Notes: generated from the sequence alone by a model not told the origin. Counted from the stretch's first letter, positions 34,593 through 47,919 are shown. The stretch: 64,000 nucleotides of DNA from Takakia lepidozioides (GCA_030704615.1 CM060732.1:51336001-51400000); one strand, 5' to 3'. A program made the numbers and translations.

Positions 34593-37129
34593 GAAGGAGT
34601 AGCATAATATTCAACGTGACGCGAATTCGTCCAACTCACCTCCTGCATATAGTCGCCGAACTGGAGGAAACGATAATGCCACCATGCTAGCCAACTGACC
34701 ATTGCTCCCTCGTCTGATTTCTTAACAACACCTGACGTTGTCCACCAAGCCCGTATACATGCAAATTGTGTCTCTGCATCATCCAAGGTGGGAGCACGCT
34801 TCCACGCAAGACACATGGATCGGTGCTCCTCTCTGAAATCTGGCGCGACGAGCCAGGTTGTGTACTGCGACAAGCTCTGTAGAAAATGGAACCCACAAGA
34901 TCTCTCATTGCCTTCCATCGTACATTGGGCTCTTCCCCGTACACCCTTCGGATGGCAGCCCAATTTGCTTGTGCGTTGTCCGCCATGAAACCACGGAAAT
35001 TGGGAGGGGGCAATCCCGCCCTGGCCATCTGTTCGTTTATTCCCTGCCAAAGAAGCATCTCCGATTGTGTGTCCTCTCATTTCATCTCACAAATAGCAAT
35101 TGTCATTAGCATCCTGCAGTGGGTGTCGTAGACATGTGCACCCATTGTCACCCACTGGTGATTTGTAATTCGTGTGATATGGTCGAACATGACCCAACTG
35201 TTTGACAAGTCCCCACTCGTCATCCGGTCGACTAGTTCGACGCCGCTGCCAGGCCCACACGTGGACATTTTGAATACGAAACAACGATCTATCTCAGTCC
35301 CTTGTCCAAGAAACCTACTTCCATGAATGTAGTCATATCCACATCGTCGCTTCACCTCTAGAATGGAGTGCATATCCGAGCCACGCCCAATTTTCTGTTT
35401 GCACGAGACAATGTGGTTTCGGACATTCGGTGAACAGACGTGGGACACCAACTCCAGCAATGCCTCCATTTCCTTCTCATTGAGAGGAACTCTGTCGGAG
35501 CTGTCTTCCGACATAATTCTGGCCAATGCCATCTTATGGGCGGCTTGGAGCTGTATCTGTTTGGGTTTGGCACTAAGTCTCAACCTAACCTCCTCCTGAA
35601 CGAGCTGCTCTGCCTCGTGGGCAGCCTCCCGCGAGTTCCCCCTCGCCAATTTGTGACAATGGGAACCAACGTGTATGCAAGCTCGTGTGAGGTCAGGGAA
35701 ACGGTGCAACACATAGAACTGATTGGCATTACAAACAGACATGCAATTTGGTGGTTCTTTGCAATGCGCACACTTAAATGTGGAGTTTGGAACCTTCTCC
35801 TGAGCTTGAAATGGTTGATGAGCTATGCCTGTCCAATCCGTCTCGTTCCTATGACCTCTGGATTTAAAGTGGAAGCAAGTTGGGGAGAAACACTGCAACA
35901 CGCCCGCACAAACAACGTAGCGCACCCGCACACCATCGAGCATCTTCATGCTAGTGGTTTTGGTAACGCACCAAGGATGGCCGTCATGTTTCCTATCCAT
36001 ATCTGTCAACATTCCGGACGCACTCGAACAGTCCGTTCGAGGAGGGAACTCAAAGAACATATTACCGTCGACGTCTGCGGGAAGGCATGTAACGGATTTA
36101 ATGGCAAACTTGTTGTAGTCCAGCCCAGCCAGCTCCGAGCGGTGTCCCTCCATGTGAAGCCCTCGTAGAATTTCAAGAATGGATCGAACTGCTGTGTTTA
36201 TACTGGGAATATGACTCCTCCTCCACTGATGTCCATTGAGGACTTGCCTGATCTCCAGGATGATCTCGGAACTTCCATGATCTCGTCGGAGTCGGACAGG
36301 TTGTGAACAACCCGGTTCTCGCTCGTCTTCATTGATGGGTTCGGCTTTGGATTACTTCGTTGCGGACTTCTCTCTTTGAGGTACCCACTCTCTGATTCAC
36401 GGATTGTTTCGTGGAAGGCGGCAGGATAGAAGGCGCATTTGGGGGGAAAATGAAGTCCCCAACAGCCCTGTATATGACGATGTCCGATGGTGGAACTCGC
36501 CATTCCCTGCCGTCGCCGAAATCATCGTGGAGCACAACAATACTTTCGACTACAACTCCATTTGAATCCTTCCTTTCCTCCTCCAAAAATACCGACCCCG
36601 GTTTCAGGTGGTATCGAACGCAGAGATATTTCTCCATCACTCGGCAGATCTCCCCTCTGCACGGAAATGTAGCTCTATGCTCGTGAGGAGGGCAGTACAC
36701 TATAGGGCTCGGGTTTTCTGCCATGGGAGTTGTGCACACAAGACTGCCAGGACGGCGTTCAGACAAGCTAGAAGGGGGATGCAGCGAGGGGAAGGAATGC
36801 AGGGCCGATTTTTGCAAGCGACGAAGCCTATTCACAAATCCGGGGAGCCCACTCTCCCGAAAATCCACTGTCAAAGAGTTAATGAACCTTGTCTGCGGAA
36901 TGCGGCTCCTGGCCTTTGCGCAATAACTGCCAACGGTATGCAGCCAGAAGGTATATGACCTGTGCAGATGCGCTGCGCAAACCAATCATTACGGCGTCTG
37001 ACAAGAAGTGTGGGGGCGCGAGCGTGCAAGCACCTTCCCCATGGACAGAGGGAACTGACAGAGGTGGCATTCCAGTGGGTCTGATTACAAGATTGAGTGC
37101 CAGAACCTCGCCGTCAAAAGTCAACATAC

Positions 37130-38640
37130 AACAGCGGCGCCGAATTTGCATCCGAGGCCAGTCGGACGATTTCGTCTCGAGGGTGAGTCGGTCACCTGGC
37201 CGACAGAGAACATCACCCGGATGGAAAAATGGCGCCGAATTTCCATCCGAGGCCCGTTGGATGAAGTTGTTTCGGGGGGAGAGGCCGACACCTGGCCGAC
37301 AGAGAACATCCCCCGGATGGAAAAACGGCGCCGAATTTCCATCCGAGGCCCGTTGGATGAAGTCGTCTCGGGGGGAGAGGCCGACACCTGCCCGACTGAG
37401 ATCATCCCCCGGATGGAAAAACGGCGCCGAATTTCCATCGGAGGTCAGCCGGATGAAGTCGTTTCGGGGGGAGAGGCCGACACCTGCTCGACAGAGAATA
37501 TCCTCCGGATGGAAAAACGGTGCCGAATTTCCATCGGAGGCCAACACTTGGCCGAAAGAGAATATCCCCCGGATGGAAAAACGGCGCCGAATTTCCATCG
37601 GAGGCCGACACCTGCTCGACAGAGAACATCCCCGGGATGGAAAAACATCGGAGGCCGATACCTGCTCGACAGAGAACATCCCCCGGATGGAAAAACGGCG
37701 CCGGATTTCCATCGGAGGCCGACACCTGCTCGACAGAGAACATCTCTCGGATGGAAAAACGGCGCCAAATTTCCATCGGAGGCCGACACCTGCTCGACAG
37801 AGAACATCCCCCGGATGGAAAAACGGCGCCGAATTTCCATCGGAGGCCGACACCTGGCCGAAAGAGAACATCCCCCGGATGGAAAAACGGTGCCGAATTT
37901 CCATCGGAGTCCGACACCTGCTCGACAAAGAACATCCCCGGGATGAAAAAACGGCGCCGAATTTCCATCGGAGGCCGGCCGGATGAAGTCGTTACGGGGG
38001 GAGAGGCCGACACCTGGTCGACTGAGATCATCCCCCGGATGGAAAAACGGCGCCGAATTTCCATCTGAGGCCCGTTGGATAAAGTCGTCTCGGGGGGAGA
38101 GGCCGAAACCTGGCCGACAGAGAACATCCCCCGGATGGAAAAATGGCGCCGAATTTCCATCCGAGGCCAGTAAGATGAAGCCCGTATCGGCACTTCTTCA
38201 ACAATTTATAGTCGTTGCATCAAGTTTTTCGCGTTTTTTTGTATGGCTACACACTAAACTTGGAGTTTTTTTTGCCTACATGCCACATTTCGCACGTTAT
38301 TCCCACCATTCTGGTCCGCTAAAGACAAATTCGTTGCCGGTTTTCCATCGATGAGGTGGACCGAATTACCTGCAGGATGGAAATTCAGCGCTGGATTTCC
38401 ATCCGGCCGCGCTCCGACTTTACCTGGCGGATGGAAATTTTGTGCCGGATTTCCATCCGTCCGCGCTCCGAATTACCTGCAGGATGGAAATTCGGCGCCC
38501 CTCTGACTTACCTGGCGGATGTAAATTTGGCACCGGATTTCCATCCGGCGTCTCCTAGATGAGAACTGCTTGGAGGGAGGGCCTCGTTGCGTCATACTTC
38601 ATCCGCTGGATGGAAATTCGGCGCCGATTTTTTCCATCCA
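37130..38640. repeat. Array of palindromes of about 30 bp (consensus GGATGGAAATTCGGCGCCGAATTTCCATCC) between the divergent MULE-1 genes
   Basis: Roughly 20 copies, most as GGATGGAAAAACGGCGCCGAATTTCCATC, in units of about 60-85 bp. Confidence 0.95.
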
Positions 38641-38884
38641 GCGGGCGATTGACGAAGTCTTGGGGGGATATTCGGTGGGCGCCTGTGACCGACCTCCATA
38701 CATTAATGGCGCAGTTGGGCATTAAATGTCCTCCGCCGTCGGTTTTGAACCGGGCTGGCGACACAGGGATTCCACGGTTGCTTCCCGGATACGCCTTGGA
38801 AACCTGATGCTAAACTTGGATGAACTTCTATTCGAGGCATGTACGCACACATTTGGCAAGATCTTTTTTCTTTTGTTGGGACTT

Positions 38885-41378
38885 ATGCCGCATGGAGAAG
38901 GGCGTGGCTCTCCTGAGAGAGACCCCACATCCAGACCGCGGCGGAAGCTGAAGGCTTTGTACTACGGGCGACGTCCAACCTCTCGCATGGCCAAACTTAA
39001 GCTCCAGCAGGAGATTCCATTGTCTTGCTCACAACCCGCGCCAACTGAAGCTGAGCACTCTCAGGCAAGCCACTTCCTCTTTCGCTTTGTGTAACACGTG
39101 CGGTTTTCTTCGTATTTTGGTTTGTTTTCGCATCTTCAGCCTGGCAGCCCTGGAAGCGCATGGTTGCATCGCAAAAGCAGGAGTTGTTGAGAAGAATGAT
39201 CAAGGTCAGAGTGGTTAGAAAGGAGCCAGGTCGTTGCTGCATTCAGATTTGCAACAGGGTGCACACCTAGCTGTAGATAACAGGTTGCATCTCGGAATTA
39301 AGGAAATCCATGCTGAGCTGAGAAGATTGTCTGAGCAGATGAAGTGCCTTCCAAACATTTCACCCTGTTTTCCCGTCTTATGGAATTCGTGTTCATTTGT
39401 TCATCGTGTTTCATGAAACTGGTTGAGTGAACCTTAGATAGTTTGCAATGCGATGGTGGTTTTCACAGAGTGACGACGAGCCCGGCACGCTGGTGGTATC
39501 ATCGACAGCTCCAACTGCTCGAGCAGTCACTCCAAAAGCCGCTACTCATCGCATGTTTGGATCACCCAACTTGGGGCGGGAGGGCAAACTAAAACCTTTT
39601 GTTGGTGGACGGGAGGACGTGCAGCGAGAGTACGACAGAATAGGCATTGGGGAGGTTGGTGCAGGCGACATGGCAGGTGAAGGGCATCGGATGAGGACAG
39701 CAGATCCGGCAATGGAGGATGTTGATGCACATGCAGTAGGGCCCGCCCACGCAAAGAAGAAGAAGAAAGCCAAGCACATGCAATCCCCAGCGAGAGAGCT
39801 GTCACGGGCTGCGGAGGGGGGAGTGAGCAGGGCGCGCGAGGGTGTCAGTTTGCCTATATCAAAGGTGGTCGTCCTGGAGGGCTCCCCTGCTGTTACCCCT
39901 AGTAAGAAACAGAAAGCCCGTGAGAGGGCAAAAGAGAGGGCAAAAGAACAGGCGAGACAGAAGGCTAGCTAGGAGGAAAGAGAAAAGGCCACTGAAGAGG
40001 TCAGGGGTGTCGAAATGACAGATGCCCATGTAAGCGAGGGACGCACAGAGACGGTGGATCCTTCCAAGACACCACAAAGAGGCAGTAGCACACCGGTTTA
40101 CACCATCGCGGGCAGGAGCAGCCCCCGCAATTACCCATACGGTGGAGACTGGAGGAGGGGAAACAACACCACAAAGAGCATGGAAGTTCGAGGTGAAGCC
40201 GGGGAGAGGGCAGTAGAGACGGGGAGAGTGCTCGAGGTGGTTCCGGCGGTGGTTGACCATGTTGAGGACGACAAGAGGGAGTTTTCAGACCAGGATGACA
40301 TCCTCCCGGACATCCCCAGGCCCCAAACCCCGGAGCATACAAGCTGGATTTGGCGGTCCGGGTGGGCTGCCGGAGAACCCCCCTACAACAGACGTCATGT
40401 CAGAGGCGGATACGAAGTTGGCCGCTGCCAAGATGTTGGAGGCAACCCACAGCAACATTGGCAGGGTCCTGGGGGGCATGATGTACCCGGCCAAGCTTCA
40501 GATTCCCCTTTGCCGCTTGGTTTCATTGCAGGTGGTCAGACCTGCCCTCCCAGACGATATCGACAAGCTAAAATTCTCTTTCCGGGAGGGATATCGAATG
40601 GGGTCTGCCGCGTTATACGTTTCCATGGAGAACGACCACGGAGCTTCTCGTGCCCACACTTCCAATGAGGTGGTTAAATGGGGTCCCCATTGGCAAAGGC
40701 GAAATGAGGAGTTCGAGAGATTGATTGCTACTGATAATCTTTTCCAGCACTTATCCGGAAAGATGTTTTACGTGTGGGACGGCAATCATCGCCTCCTGGC
40801 ATGGATGGAGTACATAGCCCAAGCCCACCCCCAACGACCTGGATTGGCATTTCGCCGTGGAGTGTGTTGTGCTCAAGGTTGTGGGGCCCAAAGATCGCAG
40901 TCTGCTCAAAGCGGCAATGGCAGACATCAACTCGTAAGTTACAATGCTTCTTGCTTTGGAACTTTGAATTTGAAACAGACATTTCATTGCCAATCGTCAT
41001 ATTTGTTGCAAATTCTCATTTTTGTATTGTTTAATGGAAATGTGGCATTGCAGGGTGACTGAGAATGCCTTCATTGCCACCAACTGTCCCATATGCTCTT
41101 CCGAGTGAAGGATGTCCGGAAGCAGGGGGTGCAAGAGTTTGCCAATTCGCTCAGTGCCGACCTCCTGCGCAAGTCGGAGGCAAAGGCAGACAGAACTTGG
41201 CTGAGCATGGACGCCATGGTGGACTACATATTTCGGGTAAAGCTCCTCATTGTTTTGTTGAGCTAATCTGTCTCTCCTCCCCCAATAGATGAAAAAGTGT
41301 TGAGCAGGATCTCTAATTTTATGTGCGCATTCTTGACAGATAAAAATTCAGCAGGATTTGGCACATGCGCGGAGGTTC
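38885..41378 (+). pseudogene. MULE-1 accessory gene, 5' part: low-complexity N-terminus plus ParB/Srx-like (DGNHR) domain
   Basis: Exon 38885-39064, GC-AG intron, exon from 39469 (in-frame TAG at 39970, frameshift near 40330). VRPALPDDIDKLKFSFREGY..KMFYVWDGNHRLLAW (40778-40792). Further GT-AG introns near 40934-41053 and 41237-41339. Interrupted by MULE-2. Confidence 0.78.
39185..39345 (+). pseudogene. Captured PPR-DYW gene fragment (end of E2, PG box, start of DYW domain)
   Basis: LRRMIKVRVVRKEPGRCCIQICNRVHT/LAVDNRLHLGIKEIHAELRRLSEQMK aligns to VRRMMTDRCVKKEAGRCCIEVDNCLNTFVVDDKLHPQIEEIHAELKRLSGHMK of the PPR at 11297-13771. Confidence 0.85.
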
Positions 41379-42166
41379 GAGGTTAGCTATTTCATGAGCA
41401 TGAGCGGCATGAGCGGCATGAGCGGAGTAGTAAGACAATCGGTTTTCATGAACAGAAGTACAAATTTCGAAAATAAAAAACAATAAAAAAACAATAATTT
41501 AATGCAATATGTCAGGAAAAACAAATATATTATTCGGCCCTTTGAAGGGAAAATTGTAGTTTTGACAGTTGTGCTCATGATATTTTGTCTTCCGCTCATG
41601 CCAATTCCCAGCGACATGTGCAAATATGGCGCCGAATTTCGCGGTAATAGGGTCCGTAACGTGAAAAAACGGCGACGTATTTCGCGGTAATAGGTCTCTC
41701 TGGCGAAAAATGGTGCCGAATTCCGCGGCTATAGGTCCCCTCATGACAGGTAATTCGGCGCCATTTTTCCAGTGCATGTTCGGACTTAGCCAGTTTTCGG
41801 ATAGGGAAATTCGGCGCCATTTTTCCAGACACTGTACCAGTGCATGTTCGGACTTAGCCAGGTTTCGGCCCAAAAAAGAGAAATTCGGCGCCATTTTTCC
41901 AGACACGGTACCAGTGCATGTTGGGACTTGGCCAGTTTTCGGCCCAAAAAAGAGAAATTCGGCGCCATTTTCCCAGACACAGGTACCAGTGCATGTTGGG
42001 ACTTAGCCAGTTTTCGGCCCCACAACTACTTCTGTTGGATCTCAGTTTGAATGGAATATTGCCTCATTCCAGGAGTTTTGGGGTGCATTTCATTACACTG
42101 CAAAACAAAGTCTGATACAGCAAAATGCAATTGAAAATATCCATATGGAGGATTCCTTTTGCCCCA

Positions 42167-45100
42167 TCAATGATTTCTGGAATCCCTAAGGAGGAGTTTG
42201 TGCAGCTCGTTCACGCTCAACGCCGGTGCATGAATAAAGTCATCAATAGTCACGTTCATCCTCAACCTCTTCAGGTAAATGTAATACAGATGCTTGCACG
42301 GATAATACTTCGAACCCTTCTTTGCTTCCATCAACGAGAAGTCCGTACAATTGCAAGTCGGCTCCACTCCAATCGTAATTGTGTATACATCGTCGCGTAC
42401 AGCCGAGCCGGCCGTTGCCATCCGATACATACGCCCAAGGCCGGGTGGGGGTACGTCCACGGAGCTCTGAATAGTGCAAGCCATCCCAAGAGCATTGGCA
42501 ATCCGAGTCTCATTCAACTTGTTGGGAGGGTGTCGTCTCTTCACTCTTCCGAATCGCATTGTGGGATGTGCAAAATTGTCCAATCCGTCTCTACTGGACC
42601 GAGCAGTCTGCAATGGCTGGGTCTGAGGAACCGGAAATGCGTGGGCCGGGATGTCTGTGCGTTGCACCATTCGAAATCCTGCTGCAGATAGAGCATCCGC
42701 CTCATTCTGAGAGAGGCTGCAACCCGGTGCAACAGGCCAGACGCCCGGAGGCTCCGGCATTCCCTGAATTTCGTACTTGGGCTTGCCAAATATACAGGTC
42801 ATTATGTCGTGCCTACAGAACCAAAATGTCTGCGTTGTGGCGTGAGCAAATGTGGGAGTCAAAAATCTGCCGCTGAAACAAGGTGCAGGTACAGCACAGT
42901 GTGGGTTCCTCCGAATCATCTCACCACAGTGTGCTCTCGTATCCACCCGGATGGCGCAGCACTTCCCTCGAAATGCCGGCAATGTCCTCGCAATTCTCCA
43001 CTGTGACTCCGACACTCTTGTCTCCACAATGGGAATGTTGTACAGCTTTACTACAGATGGCTCGTTATGTTGCCGGGGCACGCGCCCTGTGCTCAAAGGA
43101 GATGGCGATCTTGAACGTGCAGGACTTGCGGTGCTTGACGAGACCTCCTCGGGCAACATCACGGGACCACGAGGGAGCGTGCGAATATTCTTGTCAGCTC
43201 GCCATGAATCCTCTTCTCCGCCAGGTGCCTCGTCAAGTCTTCGTCTCACTGGACGGGTATGAACATCTCATTCCAAATGTTGGCCTCTTCGCAGCAATGG
43301 CGTGTCCCGAAGGCTCTCTCGCAAGGTCGCCGCCCACTTCCGAGGATTCTTCGATCTAGAGGCAGTCCGCATCAGCATTTCCTGCCTGTCCGGCCCCAAG
43401 CCCCACTGTTTCCCTTTCAAGAACTCGTTGTACCTGCATTGCTGCATAATTGACCTCACAATGTCCTCCGTTGTGGCAGTGAGGATGTCCACCAGATGCG
43501 CCGCAGAGGAGGCACGCCAGGAAGAGTGCACTGATTCGGCCAAGTTTGTCGTGGGCATGTCGGTGTCGGAGTCGAGACACATTTCCTGCACAAGCACATG
43601 TTGAGGTTACAAGCAAGTTACAAATATGGCCAAGAATAATATTCAACGGGACGCGAATTCGTGCAACTCACCTCCCGCATATAGTCGCCGAACTGGAGGA
43701 AACGATAATGCCACCATGCTAGCCAACTGACCATTGCTCCCTCGTCTGATTTCCTTACAGCACCTGACGATGTCCACCAAGCCCGTATACATGCAAATTG
43801 TGTCTCTGCATCATCCAAGGTGGGAGCGCGCTTCCACACAAGGCACATGGAATGGTGCTCCTCTCTGAAATCTGGCGCCACGAGCCTGGTTGTGTGCTGC
43901 GAAAGGCTCTGCAGAAAAATGGAACCCACAAGATGTCTCCTTGCCTTCCATCGGAACATTGGGGTCTTGCCCGTACACCCTTCGGATGGCAGCCCAATTT
44001 GCTTGTGCGTTGTCCGCCATGAAACCACGGAAATTCGGAGGGGGCAATCCCGCCTTGGCCATTTGTTCGTTTATTCCCTGCCAAAGAAGCATCTCCGATT
44101 GTGTGTCCTCTTCTTTCATCTCACAAATAGCAATTGTCATTAGCATCTTGCAGTGGGTGTCGTAGACATGTGCACCCATTGTCACCCACTGGTGATTTGT
44201 AATTTGCTTGATATGGTCGAACATGACCCAACTGTTTGACAAGTCCCCACTCGTCATCCGGTCGACCAGTTCGACGCCGCTGCCAGGTCCACACGTGGAC
44301 ATTTTGAATACGAAACAACGATCTGCCTCAGTCCCTTGTCCTGGAAACCTACTTCCATGAATGTAGTCATATCCACATCGTCGCTTCATCTCCAGAATGG
44401 AGTGCATATCCGAGCCACGCCCAATTTTCTGTTTGCACGAGACAATGTGGTTTCGGACATTCGGTGAACATACGTGGGACACCGACTCCAGCAATGCCTC
44501 CATTTCCTTCTCGTCGAGAGGATCTCTATCGGAGCCGTCTTCCGACATAATTCTGGCCAATGCCATCTTATGGGCGGCTTGGAGCTGTATCTGTTTGGGT
44601 TTGGCACCCGGTCTCAACTTAACCTCCTCCTGAACGAGCTGCTTTGCTTCGTGGGCAGCCTCCCGCGAGTTCCCCTCGCCAATTTGTGACAATGGGAACC
44701 AACGTGTATGCAAGCTCGGGTGAGGTCAGGGAAACGGTGCAACACATAGAACTGCTTGGCATTACAAACAGACATGCAATGTGGTGGTTCTTTGCAATGC
44801 GCACACTTAAATGTGGAGTTTGGAACCTTCTCCTGAGCTCGAAATGGTTGATGAGCTGTGCCTGTCCAATCGGTCTCATTCCTGTGACCTCTGGATTTAA
44901 AGTGGAAGCAAGTTGGGGAGAAACACCGCAACGCGCCCGCACAAACAACGTAGCGCACCCGCACACCATCGAGCATCTTCATGCTAGTGGTTTTGGTAAC
45001 GCACCAAGGATGACCGTCATGTTTTCTATCCATATCTGTCAACATTCCGGACGCCCTCGAGTAGTCCGCCCGAGGAGGGAACTCAAAGAAGATATTACCG

Positions 45101-45760
45101 TCGACGTCGGCGGGAAGGCATGTAACCGATTTAATTGCAAACTTGCTGTAGTCCAGCCCGGCCAGCTCCGACCGGTGTCCCTCCATGTGAAGCCCTCGCA
45201 GAATTTCAAGAATAGATCAAACTGCGGTGCTCGTGCTTGGAATATGACTCCCTCCTCCACTGACGTCCATTGAGGACTTGCCTGATCTCCATGACGACCT
45301 CGGAACTTCCATGACCTCGTCTGAGTCAGACAGGTTGTGAACAACCCGGTTCTCGCTCGTCTTCATGGATGGGTTCGGCTCTGGATTTACTTCGTTGCGG
45401 ACTTCTCTCTTTGAGGTAGCCACTCTCTGATTCGCGGATTGTTTCGTGGAAGGCGCCAGGATAGAAGGTGCATTTGGCGGGCAAATGAGGTCCCCAACAG
45501 CCCTGTATATGACGCTGTCCGATGGTGGAACTCGCCATTCCCTGCCATCGCCGAAATCATCGTGGAGCACAACAATACTCTCGACAACAAGGCCGTTTGA
45601 GTCCTTCCTTTCCTCCTCCAAAAAAAACCGACCCCGGTTTCAGGTGGTATCGAACGCACAGATATTTCTCCATCACCCGACAAATGTCCCCTCTGCACGG
45701 AAATGAAGCTCTATGCTCGTGAGGAGGGCAGTACACTGTAGCGCTCGGGTTTTCCGCCAT
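42167..45760 (-). pseudogene. MULE-2 transposase (DDE plus SWIM), frameshifted; intron 43586-43671
   Basis: WVMFDH, FMADNAQAN, SCGFH and TTNLAESVH (Mutator D, D, CxxH, E), plus C-terminal CNCTDF..CKH SWIM finger. Confidence 0.9.
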
Positions 45761-46059
45761 GGGAGATGTGCACACAAGACTGCCAGGATGGCGTGCGGGG
45801 AAGCTCCCTGGTAGAAGGGGGATGCAGCGATGGGAAGGAATGCGGTGCTGATTTGTCCGAGCGACGAAGCCTGATCCAAATCCAGGGAGCCAACTATCTA
45901 AAAAATCCACAGTCAGAGTGTTAATGAACCTTGTCTCCGGAATGCGGCCCCTGGTCTTTGCGTAATAACTGCCAAACGGTATGCAGTCAGAAAGTGGGGG
46001 GCTGTCCGGATGATGTCGGCTGAAGGGGAGAAGCCGGCACCGTGCCGTCACATTACTAC

Positions 46060-47710
46060 CCCCGAATGGAAATTCGGCACCCAATATCCAACAGGGGCCG
46101 CACGGATGAAGTCGTCTGGGGGCAGAGATGCCGGCACTTGTCCGACAGAGAACATCCCCTGGATGGAAATTCAGCGCCGAATTTCCATTCGGATCCCCCC
46201 AAAGGAAGTCCTATCGGGGGGTCAGGCCGAAAACTGGCCGACATAAAAACCTCCGCGGATGCAAAAATGGCGCCGAATTTCCATCCGAGTCCTTTCGGAT
46301 GCAGTCGGCTCGGGGGAAAGGCCGCCATCTGGCCCTCACATTACAACCCCCGGACGGAAATTCGGCACCGAATATACAACAGGGGAAGCCCGGATGAAGT
46401 CGCCTCGGGCGCAGAGGCCGGCGCGTGTGCGACAGAGAACATCCCCTGGATGGAGATTCGGCGCCGAATTTCCATCCGGGCCCCCCCAAAGGAAGTCGTG
46501 TCGGGGGGTCAAGCCGAAAACTGGCCGCCATAAAAACATCCCCAGATGGAAAAACGGCGCCGAATTTCCATCCGGGGCGGTTCGGATGCAGTCGGGGAGG
46601 GGGGAGAGGCCGGCACCTGGTCGTCATATTTCAAGAAATTCGGCACCGAATATCCAACAGAGCGGCGGAGAGGCCGGCACCTCTCCGACAGAGACCATCC
46701 CCCGGATGGAGATTCGGCGCCAAATTTCCATCCGGGCCCCCCCAAAGGAAGTCGTGTCGGGGGGTCAAGCCGAAAACTGGCCGCCATAAAAACATCCCCA
46801 GATGGAAAAACGGCGCCGAATTTCCATCCGAGGCGGTTCGGATGCAGTCGGGGAGGGGGGAGAGGCCGGCACCTGACCGTCATATTTCAACCCCCGGATG
46901 GAAATTCGGCACCGAATATCCAACAGAGCGGCGGAGAGGCCGGCACCTCTCCGACAGAGACCATCCCCCGGACGGAAATTCGGCGCCGAATTTCCATCGG
47001 GGCCCCCTCAAAGGAAGTCGTAAAAACCTCCCAGAATGGAAAAACGGCGCCGAATTTGCGTCCGAGGCTGTTCCGATTTGCATCTAGCAGTCAAGGATTC
47101 CAAGAAAAACGTGTCTACAAGTGCACTTCAGCCACAAAACAAATAGTTAAGTTTGTTTTTCTCCGAAAAATCAATCGGACACGCTCAGAATTACCTGCAG
47201 GAAGGTAATTCAGCGCTTCGAAATACCTGGCGAATGGAAATTCGGCGTCGAATATCCATACGCCAGCGATCCGACTTACCTGCTGGATGGAAATTCGGCC
47301 CCGGATTTCCATCCATCCGGGATTCGAATTACCTGCAGGATGGAAATTCGGCGCCGGATTTCCATCCACAAGTTTTCCACTTACCTGCTGGATGGAAATT
47401 CGGTGCCGGATTTCCATCCATCCGGGATTCCACTTACCTGCTGGATGGAAATTCGGCGCCGGATCTCCATCCATCCGCTCTCTGACCAACCTTGCGGATG
47501 GAAATCCGGCGCCGGATTTCCATCCATCCGCCTCCGAATTACCTGCGTGAGGGAAATTTGGCGCGCCGCCCTACCTGCGCGGATGGAAATTCGGCGCTGA
47601 ATTTCCATCCTGCTGCGCTCCGAATTACCTGTAGGATGGAAATCCGGCGCCGGATTTCCATCCTGCAGCGCTCCGAATTACCTCTACGTTGGAAATTCCG
47701 GGCCGAGTTC
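46060..47710. repeat. Palindrome array of MULE-2 (GGATGGAAATTCGGCGCCG[A/G]ATTTCCATCC)
   Basis: Same core as 37130-38640 but with differently organised spacers. Confidence 0.93.
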
Positions 47711-47919
47711 CGTCGATTTTCATCCGACATGGAGGGCTTCATCTGACATTTAATTGCGCAGTTGGGCAATAAATGTCCACCGCCATCCATTTTCATTCGG
47801 GCTGGCGACACATGGCTTCCTGGATACGTTCCCTAAATCTGATGCTAATCTTGGCTTAACATGCTATTCGAGGCATGTACCCCAAAAACGGAGATTTTTT
47901 TCCATTTTGGCTGGGACTT

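Larger units (their letters stand above)
26169..36724 (-). pseudogene. MULE-1 transposase (WRKY/GCM1-like domain, DDE, SWIM), frameshifted, with a chromovirus in its intron
   Basis: MAENPSPIVYCPP start; DGHPWC..CAG..C..C..C..HVGSHCH; WVMFDH; FMADNAQAN; SCGFH; [intron]; MPTTN..ESVH; TCNCTDF..CKH. Colinear with 42167-45760. Confidence 0.88.

Noticed and set aside
36879-38354. Long overlapping ORFs (up to 365 aa) on both strands, also at 46010-47811
   Set aside because: Artefacts of stop-poor palindromic tandem repeats (MEIRRRFSI / WKNGAEFPS in several frames).
25328-41430. The two GAGGTTAGCTATTTCATGAGC copies as direct repeats (LTRs) of one element
   Set aside because: Each is the left TIR of a separate MULE copy, as shown by the 9-bp TSD at 41370/50315 and the duplicated transposase.
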